A stretch of 52,791 bases of DNA from Oligoflexales bacterium (GCA_041736175.1 JBGSUI010000215.1:1-52791); one strand, 5' to 3'. Shown: positions 30,112 through 39,634, numbered from the stretch's first letter. The notes: a model not told the origin generated them from the letters alone. Made by a program: numbers and translations.

Positions 30112-31392
30112 ATGCATACTTCCGAGCCAAAATCTGCTCCTGGTGCGGCCCCTCAGCCATCCTATCGCCACAATGTTTTCCGCAGGTTAAAGCATAAGCA
30201 CTCGGAAGCTCCGAAGGCCCATTGCGACATCAAGCTGCGCTGCGGAAGCTGCCGTTATGTCAACCTCGACTACCTGGTTTCTCTCCAGGAAAAACACCAG
30301 TTTGGCATCGAGACTCTCAAAAACTCAGGGACTCTGAAAGATGCCAAAATCCTCGACCCCAAGCCGTCCCCCAGACCCTTCGGATACCGAAGTATTTTCA
30401 AACTCGCCACAAGGCCCTCAGGTGACCCCAACCAAAGGTTTGCCATAGGGCTTTTTGAGCCCGGCACCCACCAGGTCCTCGACATGGGCCACTGCCCTTT
30501 GCATACGGACCCCCTTAAAAGATTGCTTAAAGATCTCCGCCAGGAGCTCCAGGAATCGCCCCTAGAGCCCTATGATGAGAGGACCAGATCCGGGCAACTT
30601 CGCTATCTTGTGGCCCGGTCTGCCCATCTGACAGGAGAAATCCTCCTGACTTTTGTGGTGACGGAGCCTGTTAAGGCGATCTTGCGCCCCTTAGTCATCA
30701 AACTCCAGGAGCTGGGCCACCGGATCACCTCGGCTCATATGAATCTCAACAACCTCCCTGGCAACGCCATTATGGGAGCGGAAACCTCCAAGATTGCAGG
30801 CACTCCCGCCCTAAGAGAGCGGCTGATGGAGCTGGACTTTGAGATCGGACCCCACTCCTTTTTTCAAGTGAACCCCTGGCAGGCGCAGCAGCTTTACCGT
30901 CGGGTGGATCAGCTCGTCGGCCAATCCACCCCTGATGCCGTAGCTTGGGACCTCTATTCGGGTGTGGGCCAGATCGCCCTCGTATTGGGCAAACTCGGCT
31001 ACCGAGTCCTTGCGGTCGAAGAGATCGCCCAAGCCGCCGAGGATGCTAAGGCCAATGCGGTCCGCAATCATCTTGGCGAGCAAATCGAATCGATCGCTAG
31101 CCGCGTCGAAGATTTAGGAGCCACCATTCCTACTTGGGCCTTGAATCCCCAGGTGATCGTTGCCAATCCATCACGTCGGGGGATTGCTCCCGAGGCCCGG
31201 AGCGCCCTGGCGACCCTGCTGGCTCACCGTCCCCAGGCGCGCCTGATCTATGTATCCTGCGATGTGGAGACTTTAGCAAGAGATCTCAAAGACATAACAG
31301 AACAGGCAGGACTGCGAGTGAGACAGGTTGAGTCCTTCGATATGTTTCCCCAAACAGACAAGATGGAATGGGTGGCGGTCCTTACCCACTAG
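30112..31392 (+). CDS. rlmD: 23S rRNA m5U1939 methyltransferase RlmD
   Basis: C...CGSC Fe-S motif, SFFQVN, DLYSGVG, YVSCD..TLARD, FDMFPQT. Confidence 0.9.
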   Translation: MHTSEPKSAPGAAPQPSYRHNVFRRLKHKHSEAPKAHCDIKLRCGSCRYVNLDYLVSLQEKHQFGIETLKNSGTLKDAKILDPKPSPRPFGYRSIFKLATRPSGDPNQRFAIGLFEPGTHQVLDMGHCPLHTDPLKRLLKDLRQELQESPLEPYDERTRSGQLRYLVARSAHLTGEILLTFVVTEPVKAILRPLVIKLQELGHRITSAHMNLNNLPGNAIMGAETSKIAGTPALRERLMELDFEIGPHSFFQVNPWQAQQLYRRVDQLVGQSTPDAVAWDLYSGVGQIALVLGKLGYRVLAVEEIAQAAEDAKANAVRNHLGEQIESIASRVEDLGATIPTWALNPQVIVANPSRRGIAPEARSALATLLAHRPQARLIYVSCDVETLARDLKDITEQAGLRVRQVESFDMFPQTDKMEWVAVLTH

Positions 31393-31474
31393 GGGGCGGA
31401 CGACGCCTAGGGATCCTTTGGAAAATAGTTTATTGTGGAGATAAGGGTCCCAATCGAACACCAAAGGGAAGTCC

Positions 31475-32401
31475 ATGGGTCTTAGGATTCGTACCAACGT
31501 CCAATCTTTAATCGCCCAGCGCAATCTTGGCAATGCGACCTTTGAGATCCAGCGGTCTTCGGAAAAGCTTTCTTCGGGGTATCGGATTAACCGTAGCGGC
31601 GACGACGCTGCGGGCTCGGCAATCTCGACGGTCCTGAGCGGTGATATCAGATCTCTGACCCAGGCCAAACGCAACGCCAACGATGGGATCTCCCTGGTGG
31701 AAGTGGCCGAAGGGGGGCTTAACGAGATCACGAATATCATGGTCCGCCTGCGGGAGTTGTCGGTTCAGTCGGCTTCCGATACGATCGGGATCCGCGAGCG
31801 TAGCTACCTAAACCAAGAGTTTTTTGCCCTTAAGGACGAGATCGACCGGATCGCCCGGGCCGTGGAGTTTAACGGCACGAGGCTATTGATCGGCAACGGC
31901 GACCAAATCCCCGAAGAGCTGCTTAAGACCCATAATCCGTCGCCCCTAGAAATCCAGATAGGAAAAGACTACTATGTGGACACCGACGCCCTGACCCAGC
32001 CAAACCCCATGGACATCATTCGAATCGACACATCCCGGATTAAAGCCCTCACAGACGGCGAAGGGGGCCTCGGCCTAGGTAACACCCTGGACCCCGAAGG
32101 CACACGCATCGACTCGAAGCCAGGAGCCCAGCTCGCCATCGGTGTGATCGATGTGGCCCTCGAACGAGTCGCCTCCTACCGGGCAGATTTAGGTGCCATC
32201 CAAAACCGTCTCGAAAAAACCGACAAAAACCTAAGCATCGCTATCGAAAATCTAAGTCTCGCCCGCAGTCGGATCCTCGACGTGGATTTTGCTGCAGAGA
32301 CGGCCACCATGACCCAGCACAATATCTTGCAGCAGGCGGGGGTTTCTGTGCTAGCTCAGGCCAATGCTCAACCCCAGATCGCCCTCAAGCTCCTCGCCTA
32401 A
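31475..32401 (+). CDS. fliC: Flagellin
   Basis: LRIRTNV, EKLSSGYRINRSGDDAAG, RADLGAIQNRL, SRILDVDFAAE, LAQANAQPQIALKLL. Confidence 0.96.
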   Translation: MGLRIRTNVQSLIAQRNLGNATFEIQRSSEKLSSGYRINRSGDDAAGSAISTVLSGDIRSLTQAKRNANDGISLVEVAEGGLNEITNIMVRLRELSVQSASDTIGIRERSYLNQEFFALKDEIDRIARAVEFNGTRLLIGNGDQIPEELLKTHNPSPLEIQIGKDYYVDTDALTQPNPMDIIRIDTSRIKALTDGEGGLGLGNTLDPEGTRIDSKPGAQLAIGVIDVALERVASYRADLGAIQNRLEKTDKNLSIAIENLSLARSRILDVDFAAETATMTQHNILQQAGVSVLAQANAQPQIALKLLA

Positions 32402-32428
32402 AAGGCCCAACCGACATCACCTCACCCT

Positions 32429-32444
32429 TGGCTCAACCTTTGCA
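32429..32444 (+). promoter_or_regulatory. sigma54 promoter
   Basis: TGGCTCAACCTTTGCA = GG-N10-GC, about 65 bp upstream of ATG 32509. Confidence 0.7.
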
Positions 32445-32508
32445 GAGTGAGTCTTGGTTGTGATTCTTTGCCTTCCATTGAAAAGTCCATTGAAAGAGAG
32501 CTAAACAA

Positions 32509-33126
32509 ATGAAACTTAAGACAACAATGATGAGTTTAATCCTTGGACTCCAGGCCTTCTTGGGCTGTACAGATGACAACAATGTAGACGATGTCGTCGC
32601 CACAGACGGTGCTGCGGAATCCACAGCGACTGGGACAGCTACTGGTACGGCCACTTCAGCCGATCCCGCAAAAGACGAAAAATCGGTTGAAAACCCCGAA
32701 GACAAGGCGCAGTCCGCTGAGTCAAAAGATCAAGCACCGCCTCCTGAGGCTGCGGCGGCCCCCGTCCCTGCCGAGGCTACGACTGTGGCACCAAGTGCTG
32801 CGGGGACTGGTTATGTCACCACCGCAGGACTTAACGTGCGCCAAGGACCGGGGGTTTCCTATCCTGTGGTCCGTGTACTTGGATTTGGTGAGCAGGTGAC
32901 TAAAGTATCGAGCGGTTCGTGGACAAAAATCGGAGAAGGTGAGTTTGTTTACAGCGCCTATATAGCCGATAGCAAACCTGAGGCTCCCGTCGCCAATCCT
33001 ATTGTGGCCTCCACCCCAAAAGCAACGACCAGCCAAACCACGTCACCTAAAGAGGCACCCCAAGAGACCCCGACCCCCAAGCCCGCAGCCGAAAGCGCTC
33101 CCACCGAGGACAGCCCGTCTGAGTAA
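32509..33126 (+). CDS. Lipoprotein with a bacterial SH3 domain and low-complexity linkers
   Basis: FLGC lipobox; YVTTAGLNVRQGPG...WTKIGEGEFVYSAYI. Confidence 0.8.
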   Translation: MKLKTTMMSLILGLQAFLGCTDDNNVDDVVATDGAAESTATGTATGTATSADPAKDEKSVENPEDKAQSAESKDQAPPPEAAAAPVPAEATTVAPSAAGTGYVTTAGLNVRQGPGVSYPVVRVLGFGEQVTKVSSGSWTKIGEGEFVYSAYIADSKPEAPVANPIVASTPKATTSQTTSPKEAPQETPTPKPAAESAPTEDSPSE

Positions 33127-33211
33127 ACAGATTTGTTATTTCCTCTTGATTGTAGAACGCGCTATGGACTAAAGTAATCGGACTCTACGCGATTTACAAA
33201 GGAACCATAGA

Positions 33212-33730
33212 ATGAGTGTCCTCCTCAGACTAAAAACAAACGCTCATGTGTTCACCTGGGCGCTTGTGACTCTGCTTTTAAGCACCGTTCTTGAAGCGGG
33301 TCCTCGACTGGTTAAGATCAAAGGCACATACACCGGAGTCATCCAGGTCCAAACTCTCGATCCAAAAACCTTTGCTCCAAGGACGGAGAGCGCTCCTCGG
33401 GTGGTGACTAACGAGATCCAATACCGGGAGCTTGTGGCCCGGATTCCCCAAAAAGAGATTTCCATGACCGCCGGTGCGGGTCCAAGCAAAGACCCCCTCT
33501 TAAGCAGCGTGGTGGTGGATTTTAAAAAAGACATGATGGTGGTGTTGGTATCAGGAGAAAGCATGTACGACACTCCCGAGATGCCTGAGGTGGTGCAGGA
33601 GTCATCCCGGATCGTCGTTAAACTGCAAAATTCCCCCCGCAAAGGCCACATGATGGCCCAACCCGTGGGATTAGGCGCTTACCGCGCGATTGTTATCTCT
33701 AAATCTGATTTTCCCATCGGGTTTGAATAA
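33212..33730 (+). CDS. Exported protein, PrcB C-terminal-like domain
   Basis: Signal peptide; VDFKKDMMVVL...MMAQP...YRAIVISK...FE pattern. Confidence 0.5.
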   Translation: MSVLLRLKTNAHVFTWALVTLLLSTVLEAGPRLVKIKGTYTGVIQVQTLDPKTFAPRTESAPRVVTNEIQYRELVARIPQKEISMTAGAGPSKDPLLSSVVVDFKKDMMVVLVSGESMYDTPEMPEVVQESSRIVVKLQNSPRKGHMMAQPVGLGAYRAIVISKSDFPIGFE

Positions 33731-33902
33731 TGGGTTAAAGTACTCAGAATTTTGCTGTGAAATGTCCCCAAGACAAATATTCGGTGACCCCTCGCATCGT
33801 GGGATACCACCTTTTTACAAAAATGGGTTGATTTAGATTTTAATTACGATGTATTTATGGAGAGGTTTTAAGATCGCCTAAAAAATTGATTGGACGAAGC
33901 GT

Positions 33903-34430
33903 GTGGGTATTTTACTAACAGAAATTTATGTTCCGACGTCTCTTGGTAGACCTCAGTCAATTTATCGACCAGAAGAAATCCTTCTTAAAGATTCTTATAT
34001 CGAACATCAAAAATCAGCACTTATTTTAGCCAAGAACGCAAACTTCTGGTCTGCAAAAAACAGCTTAATAACCTCAATTGAATGCTTTTTAAAGCATTTT
34101 TTTTGTTACGTCCGGTTTACTGTCTGGAGTGACTTTCGCCCCCAGACCGCACATGGAGAAATTTATAAATTTCATCAATTTGAAAAGGTTTTTCAGGCCA
34201 AAGACTTTGGCCATAAAATTCGTATTCTCGCTAATTTTTTGACTGAGATTATTCCGGAACTATCCGGAGGAGATTTTGATTCGCTTACTCTGAATCTACC
34301 CAGTGATGAAACATGGATCAATGATCGGTACAATTTTCGTCAGAGTCATGCTGCGTATCAGATTGATTATCAAAATTTATTGGCAGCCTTCCAAAAAACT
34401 CTCAATGGAGATTTAATCCAATGGAAGTAA
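33903..34430 (+). CDS. HEPN-like domain protein
   Basis: SIECFLKH, FGHKIRIL and W..DRY motifs typical of HEPN; RYNFRQSH could be an R-x6-H motif; AT-rich. Confidence 0.55.
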   Translation: MGILLTEIYVPTSLGRPQSIYRPEEILLKDSYIEHQKSALILAKNANFWSAKNSLITSIECFLKHFFCYVRFTVWSDFRPQTAHGEIYKFHQFEKVFQAKDFGHKIRILANFLTEIIPELSGGDFDSLTLNLPSDETWINDRYNFRQSHAAYQIDYQNLLAAFQKTLNGDLIQWK

Positions 34431-35023
34431 CCCGTGACGAAAAGATTTTTATCAATAGCATTCGATCGAACGTCCCAAATTCCGATGTTAGCGTCAAAAT
34501 TATCGAAGGTTTTTTATTAGTAGAAGTTATTAGTCCGTCATTTACGATTGACCGGAGCCCTGATAACCAGAAGGCCGTGTATGAAGCAATAAAGAATATT
34601 ACTGGTCTTAATAATGGCCCGTATCAGATTCAGAAGATTTTCACTTTTCAAGACGCGCAAACAGCATGCAATACTGTAGGGCATTTACTTACGACCCCAT
34701 CGGGAGTTGAGAGAGGTTTATTTACTGTAAGGCTTGATGCTGCTAACGATGCTTATGTAAATATTAGAGATTTTGATGCCAATGTTTTACAGTTTAGCTC
34801 ACATTCGCGCTCCAGTGACATTAAACCAATGATGACATTGAGATCTTTGCCTATCACTGCTGGAGGATTGTCGCAGTTTCAAATCAACGAACAAAAGCAT
34901 TATGTTGAGTTGGAAATGCTGGGGCAGATTTACGTTGTTTCTAATACTAAAAAAGAATCTTCGTTTTGGACAATTAAGGTAAATAGGTTTGGATATGATC
35001 TGCCGGTAGATGGCTATTTCTAG
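34421..35023 (+). CDS. Hypothetical protein with a BolA-like N-terminus, overlapping the HEPN gene
   Basis: VPNSDVSV...VEVISPSF...QKAVYEAI resembles BolA; 10-bp overlap with the upstream gene; AT-rich. Confidence 0.5.
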   Translation: MEVTRDEKIFINSIRSNVPNSDVSVKIIEGFLLVEVISPSFTIDRSPDNQKAVYEAIKNITGLNNGPYQIQKIFTFQDAQTACNTVGHLLTTPSGVERGLFTVRLDAANDAYVNIRDFDANVLQFSSHSRSSDIKPMMTLRSLPITAGGLSQFQINEQKHYVELEMLGQIYVVSNTKKESSFWTIKVNRFGYDLPVDGYF

Positions 35024-35175
35024 GTTCCAGAAATTCTTTAAGACTCTGTGCGACTCAGGTTGACGCATCTAAAGGTCTAAACAAACACATTGATTTTGAC
35101 GGGTGACAGGCGGCTATAGATCGCCACAGATAGTCCGCACCCAGCGGACCATAGAGTTGATCTGTCAAAAGGACA

Positions 35176-35628
35176 CTAAGTGAGTTCATTGATCGATCCA
35201 TTGCGGAACATTTCGAGGAGCCGTCGTACGGTAAAAAGCCTCGACATGGAATCGAGAGGGTTCTCCTTGATCATTTCGATTGCACTTTTACCTTTAAAAA
35301 CTTCTCGGGGGACTTTAAGCCAGTTTTTGCGGACCTCCTCGTTGCGGGGAAAAATAATTTCAAGGTTTTTCTTGATCCCTAAAAGGTGACCGACCCTACG
35401 GTATCTATCATTACACGGCGTGGGCAAGCGACGAGCGTCCTTAGCATCGTAAAGACTCCTTCCATTGACGTCCAACAACACCTCAAGGTCACTGATACTC
35501 AATTCAAACTCATCTACCAATAACCACAGCAGCTTGCCGACAATGACGCTATTTTTAGGAGACAGTGCCAATTCGTTTTTTTCTTGAGCCTTCAAAGGGT
35601 CATCCTCACTCGGTCGGCCAAAAGTCAC
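35176..35628 (-). CDS. Xre/MbcA/ParS (DUF2384)-type antitoxin
   Basis: N-terminal HTH-like segment; RVGHLLGIKKNLEIIF...NWLKVP..F.G.SAIEM...VRRLL; start uncertain (GTG 35628 or TTG 35571). Confidence 0.75.
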   Translation of the reverse strand: MTFGRPSEDDPLKAQEKNELALSPKNSVIVGKLLWLLVDEFELSISDLEVLLDVNGRSLYDAKDARRLPTPCNDRYRRVGHLLGIKKNLEIIFPRNEEVRKNWLKVPREVFKGKSAIEMIKENPLDSMSRLFTVRRLLEMFRNGSINELT

Positions 35629-35661
35629 TCGGAGTCGTCCGCCCCAGGACGACGCGTTCCT

Positions 35662-36720
35662 CTAGAGAGTTAGGTCCCACTCCTGCCTCTTTTTCGCCCA
35701 GCACTCTTCTCCTAGCTTTTCCCTCGCCGAAAGCTGATTATGACGCCGGCAGGTAAGGGCAAGATTTTCTACGTCGTGGGTACCCCCATGACAGTGCATC
35801 GTCTGGACGTGATCGAGCTCTAAGTTAAACTTTTCCTTGCAACGACTCCCATCCACTTCTGTCCAAGTGCAGCGCCCGTCGTCCCGGGACCAAACCTCGT
35901 GGCGAACGGCCATGGGGATTGCAGATCGGTGTTTTTTTCCAGAAGGTGTTCTCTCTGGAGTCACCAAATCTGGGACCGGGATTACCGGGACCACGGTCTC
36001 GGTCGGCGTTCCTCCCGGGACGACGCTCTCCTCGGAGCTCTTCTCTTGGTCCTTCTTTTGTTGTCGCTGTTTTGCCCTCTCAGCTTTGAGCAATGGATCA
36101 CGATGTTGGAGGAGATCCCCTAAAGCACTGATCACCACCTCGGCATTCTTTGGTACATGGCCACCATGAGACAAAACCTCGCGGGCACGGTCTAAAAGCG
36201 CCAACTCTTCTAATGTTAAAGTCAAAGTGATTTGTACGGTTTCTTGACCGGGCAACAAGGTCCCCTCGAAAGTGACCCTCGAGAGAAAAGCCTCACACTC
36301 CCTTTTGGTTTTATTCCTGATTCCCTCTAAAATAAGGTCGGCATTTGCTGCGGTGATTTTACCCAAGACCATGGCAAGTTGTGAGACGTGGGTTTGTCCC
36401 GTCTTGAATAACTCCACGAATGCGGGAAAATAGGCGAGGACCTTGGCTGCCTGGAGTCTATTCCAGTAGACGTCGGGCGAAAGTCCCAGTGCTTCGATAT
36501 ATTGATCCCGGGTGAGCCCGAGGTTTCCAGCAGCGTTTTGTCGGTCAAGCTGATAGAGTACCCTCATTGAATCAAGCACCATATCGTGCTCCTTTTGATG
36601 GAGCAGGACAGCTTTTTGAAACTGCCGGCGCAGGAGCACGCGGACGTCAGAGGTAGATTCGGACGCGTCACAATTTTTTGGGAGCGCAAGGATTTTTGAG
36701 AGGGCTTCACTTGATATCAT
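35662..36720 (-). CDS. HNH endonuclease with a long helical N-terminal domain
   Basis: AIP..VRHEVWSRDDGRC...C...LELDH...GG...ENL.LTC..HN. Confidence 0.88.
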   Translation of the reverse strand: MISSEALSKILALPKNCDASESTSDVRVLLRRQFQKAVLLHQKEHDMVLDSMRVLYQLDRQNAAGNLGLTRDQYIEALGLSPDVYWNRLQAAKVLAYFPAFVELFKTGQTHVSQLAMVLGKITAANADLILEGIRNKTKRECEAFLSRVTFEGTLLPGQETVQITLTLTLEELALLDRAREVLSHGGHVPKNAEVVISALGDLLQHRDPLLKAERAKQRQQKKDQEKSSEESVVPGGTPTETVVPVIPVPDLVTPERTPSGKKHRSAIPMAVRHEVWSRDDGRCTWTEVDGSRCKEKFNLELDHVQTMHCHGGTHDVENLALTCRRHNQLSAREKLGEECWAKKRQEWDLTL

Positions 36721-37189
36721 CGTTGTTTTTCTCGCTCATTAAGGACGCTTTGGGGCGTCGAGACCATGTTGAAAAAGTTATATCATAGGTTGTAAAAGTC
36801 CATTTCGGTCGGAGTCTGCGGTCTTTTTTAAAAACGTCCCTCAAAGCGTCAAATTTGTTTATGGGGCGGTTTGACTCGATCTTGGAAGGAAAAATAAGCA
36901 AATTGGTTGCAGAGGCTATTATAGGAAGCGTTTTGTAAGCCCCAAAACCCGTCAAGCTTTTTCTGTAAAATTCCAGGAATATTTTTTAGAGCCAGTTCGT
37001 CCCAGGGCGAACGACGCAAGAAGCATGCAATCCAAGTTTCGGTGACTCCAGAGATGGATTCCATTGCGAAAAATCCAGGTCGGCAATTCAAAGGACCGTT
37101 CTCCGCGAGGGTTGGGACCGGGACGAATCAGTTGGCAAACCGTGGTGTCGAAGCCAAAAACTTACTCTAAGGTTTGAGATTTTCACAAG

Positions 37190-37357
37190 TTACGCCAGCT
37201 GATCTGCAAGCTCCTGTGTCACAAAGCTTTTGCCGATAGAACGATAAAGCATCCCTCTAGACACCTGCAACGACTGACACACCTCAGCGACACTTTTAGC
37301 TGGATTGGCCATCGGCGTCTTCGCCATCTCCAGCTTTTTGGTGAAAAAAACCCTATA
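37190..37357 (-). pseudogene. Remnant C-terminal HTH of a serine recombinase (resolvase/invertase)
   Basis: Translates KKLEMAKTPMANPAKSVAEVCQSLQVSRGMLYRSI; in-frame TGA at 37358-37360 upstream, no catalytic domain; absent from the ORF track. Confidence 0.6.
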
Positions 37358-37513
37358 TCACATGCCAGGATGCGAATACAGGGAAGAGGGAGGCCTTTTG
37401 GCATAAATTGGTCCAAATTCAATAGGCGTATGCTAAACTCAACAATAGAAAAAAAGCAGCAAGCTCCTTAGGCCATCTACGATGGGGTTCTCTGCTAAAC
37501 AAAAGGGTTAATC

Positions 37514-38227
37514 ATGGCTCCTCTCCTTTATCCAGACCAAGGCCGCTGGTATCCATTGTCTAAAAACCCCGAGATCTACTCGTGGAGCTTGGCCCAAGAT
37601 CGGTTTTTCGACCTGCGCATGATTGCCCTGAGATTAAAGGATCAATCACTCTTAGTTTACAGCCCCCTTCCCCTCTCCCCAGACCAAGATTTTAGAGCGT
37701 TAGACTCGCTGGGAAAGGTCAGCCATCTTTTGGCGCCCAACCATTTTCACAATTTGGGAATAAAACCCTTTTACCGCCGGTATCCTCAAGCCACCTTATG
37801 GTGTGCCCCCCTAGCTGCTAAACGCCTTAAATCCCAGACCTCCCTGGTCTTTAGCGACTGTGCAAATCTAGCGCCCCTTCTTCCCGAAGGCGTATCCCTG
37901 GTTCAGCCAGCGGGACTTAAAACAGGTGAGGTTTGGATCAAGGTGGACTCCCGTGATGGGGGAAGAATACTGATGGTCTGCGATAGTTTTTTTAATATGC
38001 CGCCCCAGCGGCGGGGCCTGTTTGGAATGGTGTTAAGACTCACGGGAGGCGCACCCGGACTTAGGGTTTCTAAAGTCTTTGGAGTGATCGCTGTGAGCCA
38101 ACAGGCGGTTTACCGCCAATGGCTTAAAGCCTTTGTGGATCAATGGCAACCTCAGACTCTCGTACCGTCCCACGGGGACCTTTTGACCGATGAATCCTTA
38201 GGCTCAAAGCTGGTTGGTCTCGTCTAA
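37514..38227 (+). CDS. Metallo-beta-lactamase-fold protein (DUF4336-like)
   Basis: RMIALRL...LLVYSP, APNHFH, CD, VPSHG. Confidence 0.75.
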   Translation: MAPLLYPDQGRWYPLSKNPEIYSWSLAQDRFFDLRMIALRLKDQSLLVYSPLPLSPDQDFRALDSLGKVSHLLAPNHFHNLGIKPFYRRYPQATLWCAPLAAKRLKSQTSLVFSDCANLAPLLPEGVSLVQPAGLKTGEVWIKVDSRDGGRILMVCDSFFNMPPQRRGLFGMVLRLTGGAPGLRVSKVFGVIAVSQQAVYRQWLKAFVDQWQPQTLVPSHGDLLTDESLGSKLVGLV

Positions 38228-38287
38228 ACATTTTTCCATTGCTAGCCATGGTATTTTGATTCACTGTCCCCACATAAAGGAGTTTCT

Positions 38288-39563
38288 ATGGATCCTAAAA
38301 ACCCGAAAGACGATGTCCCACAATCCATCCCCCCCCCCCCCCCCCCCGAAATCGGAAGAGAAGGTCAAAACCGATCCATCTTTAACTCGCAGGGCCTTGA
38401 TAAGTGAAGGGGCTCGGATTGCAGCAGCTACGGGGGTTTGGATCCAAGGGACTCAGGCTGAGGCCTTTAACAATGCAGCATTGATGATGAAGCGTCGTTC
38501 ATTGAATTTATGGCTAAGTGGAGCGAATGACTTAGGCCAATTGGGTTTAGGCGATACCATCAGTCGAAGCAGCCCGGTCCAACTGGGCGGTGCTTGGGCT
38601 AAGGTGGCTATGGGGGAAACCCATACCTCTTTTATCCGGAAAGATGGGACCCTCTGGGCCACGGGCCTTAATGACAGCGGGCAACTGGGAATCGGCAATA
38701 CGGTTTCTAAAAGCAGTCCGGTGCAGGTAGGTAGCCTTTCCAACTGGAAACAGATTGCTTGTTCCACGTCATTTACTGTGGCCTTGAGACAGGACGGAAC
38801 CCTTTGGACCTACGGTAGCTATTTATATGGACGACTTGGACTAGGAGATGTGGCCAATCGAAGCAGCCCCGTTCAGGTCGGGACCCTTAGCACTTGGAAT
38901 CAAATGGCCGTGAACAAGGCTGCAACCTTTGGCCTTCGATCAGATGGAACACTTTGGTCTTTTGGAGAAAATTTACATGGGCAACTAGGCATAAATGCGA
39001 CTAACCACCGCAGCAATCCCACCCAAATCGGTACTGCCAGCAACTGGAGTATGGTCAACGGGGCAGCCTGGCATACGCTCGCCCTTAAGACCGATGGAAC
39101 CCTGTGGGCGTGGGGCTGCAATGCATATGGTGGCAGTGGAGGATTTCTAGGAATTAACTCTAACCTACATCGGAGCAATCCAACCCAAGTGGGGACCCTG
39201 AGCACTTGGATTAAATGTGATGGGGGCGATATGCACACCCTGGGTCTGCGCTCTGACGGGACCCTGTGGGCTTGGGGAGGTCCTGGGACTCTTCTCGGGA
39301 TAAACATCGCCTCTGGCAGTCGCAGTAGCCCTGTCCAAATCGGAACCCTCACCACCTGGACCGATTTTTATACGACTGCGTTGAATACCTACGCACGGAG
39401 GCAAGATGGGACCCTTTGGGGGTGGGGATATAATTGGGGTGGCGCTCTCGGTTTAGGAGATGAAGTTGGTCGGTCGAGCCCGGTGCAAGTGGGAGCTTTG
39501 AGCAGCTGGCAAGGATGGAGCGATTTTAGTGGATTTGGAAGTGGTAACTATGGATTCCGCTAA
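38288..39563 (+). CDS. RCC1-repeat seven-bladed beta-propeller with Tat-like signal; frame interrupted at a poly-C tract if translated from ATG 38288 (alternative in-frame ATG 38313)
   Basis: Seven repeats of G.N..G.LG.....RSSPVQVG...W.......DGTLW; TRRALI...AEA signal; AAGGAG RBS at 38277-38282. Confidence 0.8.
38329..38347 (+). repeat. Homopolymer C19
   Basis: 19 consecutive C at the 5' end of the RCC1 gene. Confidence 0.95.
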
Positions 39564-39634
39564 CTCTGTGCGATAAAGGGGTGTGGCGTTCGCCACAGAC
39601 CTAGTGAGTTCCCAAAAAAAAAGAGGAGAGGCTT

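Noticed and set aside
35662..36720. IscB/Cas9-like RNA-guided nuclease
   Set aside because: Only a C-terminal HNH motif; no RuvC motifs or PLMP N-terminus recognised
36707..37422. Short ORF-track calls 36707-36955, 36849-37091 and 37219-37422
   Set aside because: No RBS or recognisable motifs; the protein-like signal in this region is in a different frame (resolvase HTH remnant)
38520..39510. CRISPR array or DGR template/variable repeats in the RCC1 gene
   Set aside because: The repeats are degenerate in-frame protein repeats of about 150 bp; no cas or reverse transcriptase genes; no adenine-specific pattern noticed
39580..39600. tRNA (e.g. tRNA-Sec) upstream of selU, suggested by a GTTCG hairpin
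   Set aside because: The intergenic space has only one short hairpin; no cloverleaf can be formed
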